From NCBI GenBank assembly GCA_013416795.1, contig RQSC01001302.1, positions 1-64,000 of the forward strand: 64,000 nt of DNA. Reading direction: 5' to 3'. Of the stretch, positions 10,829 through 21,760 are shown piece after piece. The translations under genes were made by a program, and so were the position numbers. The notes below the pieces were generated by a model, which was given only the letters and a program-made list of their open reading frames with translations, was not told the DNA's origin and searched no databases. Numbering within the stretch: position 1 is the first letter of the stretch; each line of letters opens with the position of its first letter. This DNA comes from Prasinococcaceae sp. CCMP 1430 (taxonomy: Eukaryota; Plantae; Prasinodermophyta).

Positions 10829-12372
10829 GAGGCGCGACGGGGGGGTGAGGGCGGCGGCGGCAGCGCCAGAAAGAGGAGGCGGGCGCCGCCGCGCGTACAT
10901 AATTGATTTTGTTGGGCGCAGCGGCGCGCGCGGCAGCGTCGGCGCCGCCAGGGCCAACGCAGGTCCGCCTGGCCCGCAGGCGCGCGTTTCAGGTGAGGAG
11001 GGGTCTCAGTAGTGAGGGTGTGGCGCGGTCTGTACGAGTGGTGGCCCGGTCCGCAGCGCTCCCGCGCGCGCCAGACCAGCCAGGGGATCGCGATCCCGGC
11101 GATTTGCGCGGCCGCGAATTCGCGCGGCGGGACCGCGCCCGCGTCCGACCCAGAATCACATCCGAAACGGGACGCGCGCGCGCCGCGCGCGCGCGCGCGC
11201 GCGGCGTGGGATGTTCGACAGGGGCATGGGATTGGGTGGGGGCATGCGCCCGACCGCCTGGCTGTCGCGCGGCCGGCGTCAATCAATCATTATTCAATCA
11301 AACACGGACAGACGGATGCTCGTTCGTTCGTTCCGCCGGACGGACGGACGGGCGCCGCAACGCAACGCAACGCACCGACGAACCAACCAATGATGATGCA
11401 TTGGACTGGACCAAGACACGATGCCATAAAATGAGTCTTTACGGTATGGAATACCCGGGCTTACTTAAGGATGCCCGGGTTTACATAAGCTAAATCCCAT
11501 CCTAAAGCCGAAATGTCCATGGCCCACTCGAACACCAGCTTAAGGGATAGGGAGGGTGGGATGCTGCGGCGCGCGCTCTAGGGCACTCTAAGTCTCCCGT
11601 TGGTACGTGAGGAGGCGCGCGGAGGCGCGCTCGCCTGCGCTGTGGCGTCTGCCCCGCGCCCCCCGCTCCCCCCCGGCCGCTCGCCCGCGCCGGGCCGTGC
11701 CCCAGGCGCCGTTCCCCGATCGCGGCGCACGTCGCAAAACAACGGTTGAGATTTGCGTTGTTTCTGCGCTCGTTTCGATTTGTGAACATCAAATCGCATC
11801 CAGAGGCAGGTTACCCGGTCCGGTTCCCCGGCAGAACAGCAAGTCATGACTTCATGCGCACAGCCGCCGCCGCCGCCGTCCCGCCCGCCCCCGCCAAAAA
11901 AACATCACCAGCGCCACGCATTCAGCTTGCACGTGGGGGTCGGCGCCTGCCCTTGGGGAGGCCGGTGGGGCGCGGAGAGAGGGCGTCTGACATGGCGCGA
12001 GCGCCTCGGGAGTCCGCCGGATGCCGCAAGGTTCCGCTCGCTTGGGTGGGTGGGGCGCGTCGGGCGGCGCCGCAGGCGACAACAAAATCCAAAAACAAAA
12101 GTATGAACACACTCGGGGAACAGCGGGCGCCGGCGAAGCGGCGCGGAGGCGCACGGCCCCGCCGGCTCCACCGCACATCTCTTCATCAGACTTGGGTGCG
12201 AGCGGGCGCGCGCGTCCGCGAAGGGGCGCGGCGGCGCGGGCAAGCGCGACGAAGCGCCCGCATTTGTGATGTCATTGACGAGCGCCCGGTACGCACGCGC
12301 GCGCACGCCCAGGGGGCCGCGCCCAACCCTCCTGGCCCACACTTCGGCGCCCTCGGTGCCGACTCGGGCGCC

Positions 12373-15300
12373 ATGGCGCCCCGCAGCAAAGGCAACGGCG
12401 CGAAGGACACCGAGACGCCCGCCGCGCCGGGGCCGGAGCAAGTGAGCCCAAGCGTGGCTTCGGCCCTGGTGCGTGGCGATGGCGCGCGGCCGCCCCGCAT
12501 GCGCCGCAAGCCGGCCCGGACGCCCGTCTGAGGCCGCCGGCCGCAATCCACACGTACCCTTTCCGTGCCCCGCCGCCCCGCCGCCCGGCCGCTGCGAGCG
12601 AGCGAGCGCCCCATACGTCTTCTTCCGGCGCCTCCGGCGCGGCCTCGTTCCTGGCCACCGGCTGACTCTCCCCGCACCGCGACCACGCGAATGCGCAGCG
12701 CCGCTTCGACACCTTCAAAGGCGACGACGACGAAGCCCTTGCCGCCGAGTTGAAGGACGCGCACGAGACCGCCAGCATGCTCAAGAACGCGCAGCGGAAC
12801 GACGGCTCCATCGAGCTGCAAGCCTTCCCCGCGGCGGTCCGAAGCATTCTGGAGGCCTTCGACGTCGACGGCGACGGGAGCGTGGCACCTGTGGAGCTCG
12901 CGCGCGCCGGCGAGCTCTATCAGGCGGAGAAGCAGCGCTCCGGTCGCCTCAAGCAGCTGGCGATCGCCCTCGCGGTTCTGATGGCCTTCGTGCTGGCGGC
13001 CGTCACCGGCCTCACCTTCTCGGTGGTCGAGCTGAGCAAGGAGACCCACACGCGGGAGGACGGCGTGACGTTGGTGGCGGGCACTGGTGGCAGCAGCACC
13101 GGCACCGTGGCCAAGATGGCGCCCGTCGCGCAGCCGCAGGTCCTGTCGAGCTGGCTGCCCGACGAGGCGTTCGCCACGCTCGAGACCTTCAAGGCCACCA
13201 GCCCAGGCGGCTCCCACCTCGAGATGGACGTGCTCGGGTGGTACCGCGTGAACGAGACCGACTCGGAATGCAACATGTACGTGAGCATCGTCACCTACTC
13301 GGGCGTCATCCGCCTCAAGGGCGAGGTGATGACCTTCGAGCCGCTGGTTGGCAACGCCTTTGCAGAGGCTGGCTTTGAGGTCGACGCCAGCGGCCGCCGC
13401 TTGGCGTCGGTGTACGACCTCATTGGCCTCTTCAATTCGATCGAGGAGTGGGTCATGCTCGACCCCTGCGCAGACAATCGGCCGCCTTCCTTTGGCAGGA
13501 CCGATTTCGTGATGGAGTACGACGTCGAGTACAAATGCTGGGGAGATGAGTGCACGGACATCGAGGGCCACGCGCACGGCGCGATGAATGCCGACGGCAC
13601 TGCGCTTGTGGTCAGCCACCGCGCCGAGTACGATCTGCACATCGGGGCGGTGCTCGAGTCCTTCACCAACCAAGAGTTCAGGGGCTACGAGGGTGCGGCG
13701 TCGCGTCAGTATATCTACAAGCACGCAGGCGTCGAACTCGAATACCAGCTCACCGACGGCGATGGTACGTTGCTGTGCCTCTCGGCGCTGCCTCTGGACT
13801 CGCTCGCACGGGCGAGCACCCGCACAGCACGGCGCCGCGCCCTCGATGCGTGTGTGCCTGTTCGCGCACCGATCTAACCCCCATCGCTCCGACGCCCCCT
13901 TGTGCACAGCGTTCTACTGCAAGTCATCCATCGACGAAGAGGCCGTCGCTCGGGCGGCGGAGTCCACGCCGGGAATCGCTGGTGATTTCGACGTCTCGAA
14001 GGCGGTGCAGGTGTCGCGCAAAGTGGCCGATGATGGGCGCGTCCTCCGCAAGTTCGAGATCGTCGTCGAAGTCGATGCCGTCGAGTACGCGTTGCTGACG
14101 AATGACGGCGACGGACGGAACTTTGACGCAAACCAGACCTTCCTTAACCATACCATCGTCTACATTGACGAGGCCGAGACGGGCAACCCGGTGGAGTTCC
14201 GCCTAACTGAGAATATCACCATGAAGGTGACCAGCTATTTTGAGTACCCTGTCGACCTCAGCAGCCATGCGATGCCCAACTGCGTCGAATGCAGTGCCTA
14301 CAAGCCTGAGTGCCCCTCCAAGCTGCCCCAGACAGCGTACCTGTTCGACTTCAAGCGCCACGATCAGGAGGCTGGCATTATCGACGCCGAGTTACTACAA
14401 GCGTACAGGGACGGTACCTCCGCTGTCATGCCGTACTATGCGAAAGACCTGATCGACGACGTCGTGGAGGGTAGGATCCATCCTGTTCCGAATGCGACAC
14501 GGCGCAGGCTCGTCGAGGACACGCTCGACGGCGAGCCCGAGGAGCTCCAGGACCGCGGGCTGGACGTGGCCACTGCGCGCCAGCCCCGCAAGCGCGCTCG
14601 GCGCGCAACCAGCCGACGCGGGAGGAATCTGAGCTTTTTCAAGAAGAAAAAAAAGAAGAAATCAGCATCCCCCTCTGGATCAGATGTGAATGTTGGCATC
14701 GTCAACGATTATCTTTTCGCAGAAGACCAGGGTTTTGATGATCCCTACCCATTCCCCCCTCCTGTATGCCAGTCAATGTCGTATATTATATGTCCGTGGG
14801 ACGGCGTCGGCGACGCTCTACTGAACACCGGCGCTGACTTAGTCGGCGACTGGATCGACGAACAAGAGGCCAAGTTCAGCGCCTCTGGTCAGGACTTTTG
14901 GTCGACGGTGGTCGGCACGGCAGGTGACGCACTCACAGACACGATGGAAAACTTTGGTGTTGGAAAGTGCTGGGGAAGTAACCACTTGCCCGTTGATCCC
15001 GATCCAGAACCAGAAGAAGTTAATCTTGGTCTCGTGAAGCTCGAGATGCAATACTACAAGGGCGCTGCCTGGTGTGGAGTCCACAACGTCGATATTTCCG
15101 GTGGGCAGTGCCCGTGGGGGGGCGTGGTATTCGCCTCATTCACAGGCAAGACGCCGGCGTTGTGCGGCGTTACGACGTGCAACATGAAGCTAGAGGCGGA
15201 GCTGGGTTGCAGGTGGGACTTGATGCAAATTTTCAAGAGCAAGGCCCCCGCCCTTGTCAAGCCCTTAGAAAAAGCCGGGGCCCAGGCAACGCTCGAGTTC

Positions 15301-15555
15301 AAGTTGACATACGAGTACCCCGCCAGCCTCGGCCTGGCGGTGGAGGGCGAATTCAAGTTGTTGAAATGGTTCAAGATACCTTTCACCAAGAAATATCTTG
15401 AAACGGGCATTCACGTCAGCTTCGAAGCAAGCGGCACAATTAACTTGGCTGATCGGTACTTGCAATTGAGGGCCGGTTTCGGCGGCAGGGCATGCATTGC
15501 CGGGATCTGTTTCGGCGTTTCTATCACCTTGGCGTCGCCGGCATTCACTTTTTAG
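12373..15555 (+). CDS. Paralogue C (divergent) of the EF-hand/TM proprotein family; exons 12373-12441, 12699-13764, 13910-15555
   Basis: The GTGAG..CAG and GTACG..CAG introns join the ORFs in frame. EF-hand loop DVDGDGSVAPVE, TM LAIALAVLMAFVLAAVTGLTFSVV, the same ELSKETH...DGVT motif as B and D, RRL/RNL sites, and a Cys-rich C-terminal domain (GGQCPWGG, CRWD, RACIAGICFG). Confidence 0.85.
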
Positions 15556-16049
15556 GTATTGTTACTCGCGGCACGGCCCTTTCGCCGCAATACAGACCGC
15601 TGCCTGCTCCGACAGGCTACTACTTTGAGCCCAGGCGCGTGCGCTAACGCACAGGCCGTAAGACATCGACACTTATGGCAGCGTGCGGCAAGCTCAGTCG
15701 AGCTGGAGTCGACAGAAGACGACAGACTGAAAGATGCAATCGTTCGCCGCGCGCCTCCCGGCAGCCGCGTGGCAGTTGGATGCGGCCCGGACGTGGCATG
15801 CATCGGCCGACGACGCAGCACAGCTGCGGCTGGCTCGCCGCGCGGCAGCAGCGGTGGACGTCAGCCCTTTTGTTTTACATGCCTGAACTGTGTGTAGTAC
15901 TGCTGTCACGTACGGCGCACGGGAGTGCATCGAAGTACCCTGTGACTCAGGCATGACGCGCCTGCGCGCGCGTGCGGGCGTGCGGGCGTACCAACGCGTG
16001 CGCGCGTGCGCGCACAACTGGCCGCACGTTCCCTTCCCCCTTCCCCATC

Positions 16050-16960
16050 AATTTAGAGAACGTATCCACGCGCACGACGCGCTCCTCGACGCCCATGGAC
16101 GGGTAGCTCGGCGGCAGCGCCGCGTCGGGCGTGGACGCCGTGGAGGCGTGCGACGCCAGGCGTGGACGCCGTGGAGGCGTGCGACGCCAGGCCGTACCAT
16201 CCTGGCATCGCCGCCTCGTTCGCAGCGTTTCCGCTCTCGCCCTCGGCGGCGGCGTCGGTGCACTTTGGCCATTCGCCGCCCGTCTTTCCGAACGCTGCGT
16301 ACAAGGACGGGTCGTCCTCCAGCAGCAGCAGGTCCTCCTCGCACGCGGCCGCATATGTTGCACGGCGCGTCTCCGCCGACGCCGACACGCCGGTGGGGTT
16401 GTGCACCGTCGGGATGACGCAGTAGGCCTTCGGGCGCGGGCCGCGCGCGCGCAACGCGGCGCACGCGTCGCGCACGGCGCGGGCACAGTGCGTGCGCACA
16501 AACGCGACGGTCACGCCGCGCGCCTGATGCGGGCGGAGCGCGCTTATCGACGTGAGGAAGTTGCTCTCCTCGACGAGCAGCACATCGCGGGGGGCAAGCA
16601 GCGCCACGAGCACCTTGTCGAGCGCGTCCGAGTTGCCGCACGTGCGCAGCACGCGTTCCTCGAGGGGCGCGGGTCCGGCCGCGCCGCCTCCCTCGGGCGG
16701 CGCGTGCAGCATGCGCACGTGCGCGCACACCCAGTCGAACAGCGCCTGATAGCACCTGAAGATCATCTGGTACTGCTGCATCTTGTAGGCCTCGTCGTTC
16801 CTGCCGGCGTGTCCGCCCGCCGCCGCGCCGACGTGCGCGTCGCATGCATCATCTTGATGCGCAGCGACGCGAGCGGAAAGGCGTCGCTCGGCGGGGTCCC
16901 GCCCGCGAGCCACACGGAGCGCGGGTCGGCGAGCATTGGCACGAGCGAGAGCGACAGCAG
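16050..16960 (-). pseudogene. PLP-dependent class I/II aminotransferase (2-aminoadipate/aromatic transaminase-like), frameshifted and C-terminally truncated
   Basis: Motifs VWLAGGTPPSDAFP, GNSDALDKV, VLLVEE, IPTVHNPTG, LLLLEDDP and RVVRVDTFSK are split over three frames. There is a frameshift near 16850 and a 31-bp tandem duplication at 16128-16189. No PGLR-type continuation follows FSK. Confidence 0.6.
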
Positions 16961-17800
16961 GCTCGCGCGCGCCGCCGCAACGGGCGCCAACGGGCCCGCA
17001 TGGCGCGCGCGCCACGCCCCGGCGCCCGGCACCACAAGCGCACGAGAGCTCTCTCTCACACACCGTCTCCTTTCAGCGCACGCCTGGGCGTGGCGTGCCA
17101 CTGCCACGGTGCGTGCCCGCCGCTCGCGCGCAGGGGCGACGCGCGCGGCCCGCGCTTCCCTGCCGTCGGAGGGGCGTGTGGCCCCGCGCGTGGGCGCTCG
17201 CACCTCTGCCAGTGCCGCCCGCGCGCTCGCCCCTGTGGCCCACCGACGGCCCTGCCCCTGCTCTGCCCCCTCCTCCGCTCCGCTCAATTCGTTTTGACGG
17301 CGTGATCCAAACGCAGGCACACAAACGTCGCAGCCAGGCGTGTGCCGCGGGCGCTGCCTCCTTCGCCCGACCCTGGATATCAGAAGATCTAAAATATGCT
17401 CAAAGACACCCACGGCTGCCTCCGATTCCTCGTGTGGATCGACGTGTGGATTCGTTCGATTGCACTGCGTTCCCGTGCGGCCTCTCAGTCAGGGTCCGAA
17501 CACGCACGCATCCGCATCCAGTAGTGATCGTGGCTGGGCAGGCTGGGTTGGTTGGTGTGCCCAGGTTGTGCTCGTGCACCCGACCGTTTCACGCCCTTCC
17601 CCTCCCACCCTGCGCCAGGGCCGCGTGCCGGCCGGGCTGGCGTGAGGGACGGACGGCTCCCACCAGCCAGTGCCGCGGCGCCTGGCCGCGCGGGCCGCGC
17701 GGCGCCCGTATTCAGCGCGTGACGAGCCTACGATGCACTGCGTCAAACATATGCGTCGCGCGGCGCCGTCCCTTCGCCCCACCATCGGGCCGGATGCAGG

Positions 17801-17985
17801 CTCGACGTGCGTTCTGACGACGCGTTTCACTCTAGCGTTCTTTTTGATGTGCTGTGCGTGCTCGACGTGCATTCTGACGACGCGATTCACTCTAGCGTTC
17901 TTTTTGATCTGCTGTGTGTGCTCGGCGTGCATTCTGATGACGCGTGTCGCCATTGCTTTCGTTTTGATGGGTCGTGGCCACGTGC
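17801..17985. repeat. 60-bp minisatellite, about 3 units (third degenerate)
   Basis: ctcgacgtgc(g/a)ttctga(c/t)gacgcg... recurs at 17801, 17861 and 17921. Confidence 0.9.
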
Positions 17986-18815
17986 GCGCCGCGACGGTGT
18001 GCGAGCATAACAACCGCAACGGGCGAGACGTCATTTGGCATGCGAGCGCCCGCGCGCGCGCGACGAACGAAACGCGGCGTTCCCCGACGCGTGCGCGCGC
18101 GCGCGCGATTTTTTGGCACCGCGTCCGATGCTCTTGCCTTTGGGGTGTGTGCCCGAAGGGCTTCCCCATGGCGTTCTGAGGGCGCCTTTTGACGTGTGCA
18201 CAGGATCGACGGCAAGAGTGGGAGGTGGGGCGAGGTTTGGGTTGACGGGCGCCGCGCCGCGACGCCGTGGCGTGGCGTAGCACGGCGCCGTGGCACGGCG
18301 TCGCGCGGGCTTTGGGGTGTCAGGAGGGTTTGTTGGCGGCTCGAAGAGCGTGCGTGCAGACGTGCGACCTTCGCACGCCTGGGTTTGGGTTGGGACGGAG
18401 GCCTGCGCGCAGCGAGGCCGGCGCGCGCCCTCCCAAGGGCTGGTGCAGCGCGCCGGCGTCGGCGCCGGCCCCCCGGCCGGTGGCGCCTCCGGCGAGGAAG
18501 CATCCCCCTCCCCCCCACCCCTCCGGCGGCGAATGGCCGCGCTACGAGCTCGGAAGCGTGCGAGCGCGCGTGCTGGCGCGTGTCGGCGGGGCAGGAGACG
18601 AGACGTGGCGTGTGCGCGTGCGCGCGCGCCGGGGCGCACGCGCACGCGCGTGGTACGGGCGGGCCGGACGCTTTCTATCTCCCCCCAAATGTTCTCGGCC
18701 GGCCGCAGACGGCACGGCCCGCACTCGCCGTAGTGCGCGCGCGTGCCACAGCGCGCCGCAGGCGCGCGCGCGGCGGCTCGGCACCCCTGCCGCAGCTGCT
18801 CGCCCGCAGTCAGCC

Positions 18816-21760
18816 ATGGGAAGGTCGTCGAGCGATGGGTTCTCGCCTGCGATCGCCGCGATGATCGCGGAGGAGGCCGGCGTGGAGCTCACTCCCGTGC
18901 TGGTCGCGGCGCTGGCCGCCAAGGCCAACGAGGGGGCCAGCCACGACCAAATGGGTGAGGGCGCGAGCGCCGGAGCCGCGCACTCGGCTCGCGCGCGTCT
19001 GCTGCGGAGCTCCTATTGCTGCGCGCGCGCGCTTGGCCGGCTGCGCGCGCAATGGTGGCGCTCGGCGCTGACGCGTGCGCGCATACGCCGCCTGCCCTCG
19101 ACGCTCCTCTCCAGCCACGTCGAAATGGGTGAGGGCGCGAGCGCCGGAGCCGCGCACTCGGCTCGCGCGCGTCTGCTGCGCAGCTCCTATTGCTGCGCGC
19201 GCGCGTGGATGGCCGCACGGATGCACGGGGCGGATGCGTCGCGCGCGCGAACCGGCCGACGCGCGCGTTACCACCGCGAGCCGCGACTGCGCACCGCGCA
19301 TACGCCGCCTGCCCTCGACGCTCCTCTCCAGTCTCCCTCGCGAGAGAGCTCGGCGCACACTCGACAGGCAAGTCTGCTAGCATGAAGCTCGATTCGTTCC
19401 CGCCGGCGGTGCAGGAGATGCTCCTGGCCTTCGACCAGGACGGCGACGGCACGGTGGATCCCCATGAGATTGGGCGCGCTGCGGAGCTGTACCACCAGTC
19501 CAAGCAGAAGACCAAGCAGCTGGGTCGGCTGGTCTTCTTCCTGTTGATCATGCTCTTGCTCATGCTGGCGGCCATCACGGGCACGACCTTTGCGGTCGTG
19601 GAGCTGAGCAAGGAGACCCACACCTCGAGCGACGGCGTGACGACCGTCGCCGGCCAGGAGGGCGTGGTGGCCAAGACGGGCCCCGTAGCGAGGCCGACCA
19701 AGCTGAGCAGCCTGCTTCCCGACAGCGCCTTCCAGTCGCTGGACATCTTCGTGGTGGACTCGCCGACGGGCGCGCACCTGGAGCTCAACGTGCTCGGATG
19801 GTACCGCGTGAAGCCCACCGACAGCATCTTCGACGAGTACGTCACCATCATCACCTTCTCGGGCAACATCAAGCTCAAGGGCGAGTCTATGCAGTTCGAG
19901 CCGCTGGTTGGGAACGCCTTCGTGGAGGCTGGCTTCGAGGTGCGCGCCGGCGGACGCAAGCTGCACGGCGTGTACGAGATCATCGGCCTCTTCAACTCGA
20001 TCGAGGAGTGGGAGGGCCTCGACGTTGGCGAGGGGCCGCCCATGTTCGGCCAGTCGGACTTTGTGATGGAGTACGACGTCTTCTACAAGTGCAACGACAG
20101 GTGCTACACCGAGGTCTTCGAAGACACCCTGAAGTCAATGGTAACCACCGAGGACGGCGACACCGCCGTAAAGATCTCGCGCACGGCGCATCACGACGTG
20201 CACATCGGCGCGGTGCTCGAGTACACGGTGAACCCCGAGTTTGAGTACAGCACCAAGGTGAGCTACATGGCTGCCAACATGAGCGTCGAGTACCAGCTGA
20301 GCGGCCTCAGTCGCCCACGTCTCCAAGGCATGATGACGTACCTTCTGCCGCTACGCACCGGCAGAGCCTCGGAGCCGCAGCCCGTTGTCGGGTCATTCAA
20401 CGTGAGCAACGCCACCAAGATTGGCGAGAGCTACGACGAGGTGACCGGCGTGACGATCCGCGAGTTTAGCATTGACGTTGGGATCAACGAAGCCGAATAC
20501 ATAATGCTCACTGATGGCGCCGAGCCAGGCGACGACTTTAAAGGCCTGTTGACCTTGACCTACTTTGACGAGAAGGAGAGCCTGCACCCGGTGAAGATGA
20601 AGATTGGCCCCAACATCACTATGGTGTTCAACACCTTCTACGAGGAGAGTGTCGATCTTGAAGACTGGCGCACGCCCAGCAACTGCATTGCGGACGACCC
20701 CTACGCCTCGCACACGCCCACTATGATGGGCGAGGATCCGTACATGTTCGATCACAAGCGCCGCAGGCAGTTGTCCGGCCTCGTGCCCGTGGAGAACTAC
20801 GGCGACGCCGCCAACGAGACGTACATCGCAAAGCCCTTCTACTTGCCTGACTGGTTCGACCCATCGTTCCCAGGCATTTTGTCGGACTACGACGACTACA
20901 CCTATGACTACGCGGATGACGGCGAGGCCGTGCGCCGCACCCTGAGCGAAATCGATGCGATCGATGCCGACCTCGCGCTCTTGCTCGGTGACTCACCGTC
21001 TGACATGCTGGATGACGAGTTTGCGGACGGCCCCGCGGCCCTGCGCGAGCTTGATTCGGCGTCTCAAGAGGTGAGGGCGCGGAGTCTCCTCGGCAGGAGG
21101 AGGAGGAGTCGGAACAAGAACAAAAGGAATCTGCAGTTTTTCAAGAAGGCGGCCAAAAAAGCGATGAAAAAAGCGGTTACCAACCCAACCACGCCTTATT
21201 GCCCGGACGATTGGCCAGCGGACACGTGCTATCCAGACTTAAGTCATACTGAGAAGGGTTGGCAATTCGGCAATTTCGAGTTTGAGATGCACACCTGGAA
21301 CGGCGGATGCTTTATCAAGGAGGCGAAGGTCTCCGGTGGCCGGTGCCCTGGTGGGGGCACGCTGTACGGGACCTGCAGTGGAACGACGCCCCTGCTCTGC
21401 CGCGGCAGCTGGGGCTTCCGCTGCGCCATCGGCTGCGAGTGGACCTTCGAGAACTTCCTCCCTAACTGGATCGTCAATGCTCTGAAAGGCGTTGGCCTGA
21501 ACCTGGACGCGACGCTCTTCGTCGAGCTCGGCTATTCGTACAAAAGTACCTTTGACCTCAAAGGCGGCGGCTCGATTGGCAAAATCAAGAAGGATTGGAC
21601 GGGCTGGACGAGTGGCGCCGAGGCAAGCTTCGAAGTACAGGGTAGCATCAACGTTGCTACCAGGAAGCTCGGGGTCAAGTTTGCCATCGGCGGCAAGGCG
21701 TGCTGGGGTGGGTGCGTCTCTCTGAGCTACACCGTGGTCGACCTTTCGCAGAGCTACTAG
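18816..21760 (+). CDS. Paralogue D (complete) of the EF-hand/TM proprotein family; exon 18816-18954, duplicated intron region 18955-19331, exon 19332-21760
   Basis: Same exon 1 and splice sites as B, followed by a long open exon with EF-hand, TM, RKL/RRQL/RRTL/RSLL/RNL sites and a Cys-rich C-terminal domain. Confidence 0.85.

Noticed and set aside
17801-17985. Possible CRISPR-like array
   Set aside because: The units are contiguous 60-mers with no unique spacers, there are no cas genes, and the context is eukaryotic.
19240-20364. Explaining the 55-nt patches as ordinary micro-inversions
   Set aside because: The reverse complement of 3339-3393 (cacgcgtcagcgcc...) does not match 19240-19294. 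Only the unreversed complement matches, and the same holds for 38-92 versus 20310-20364.
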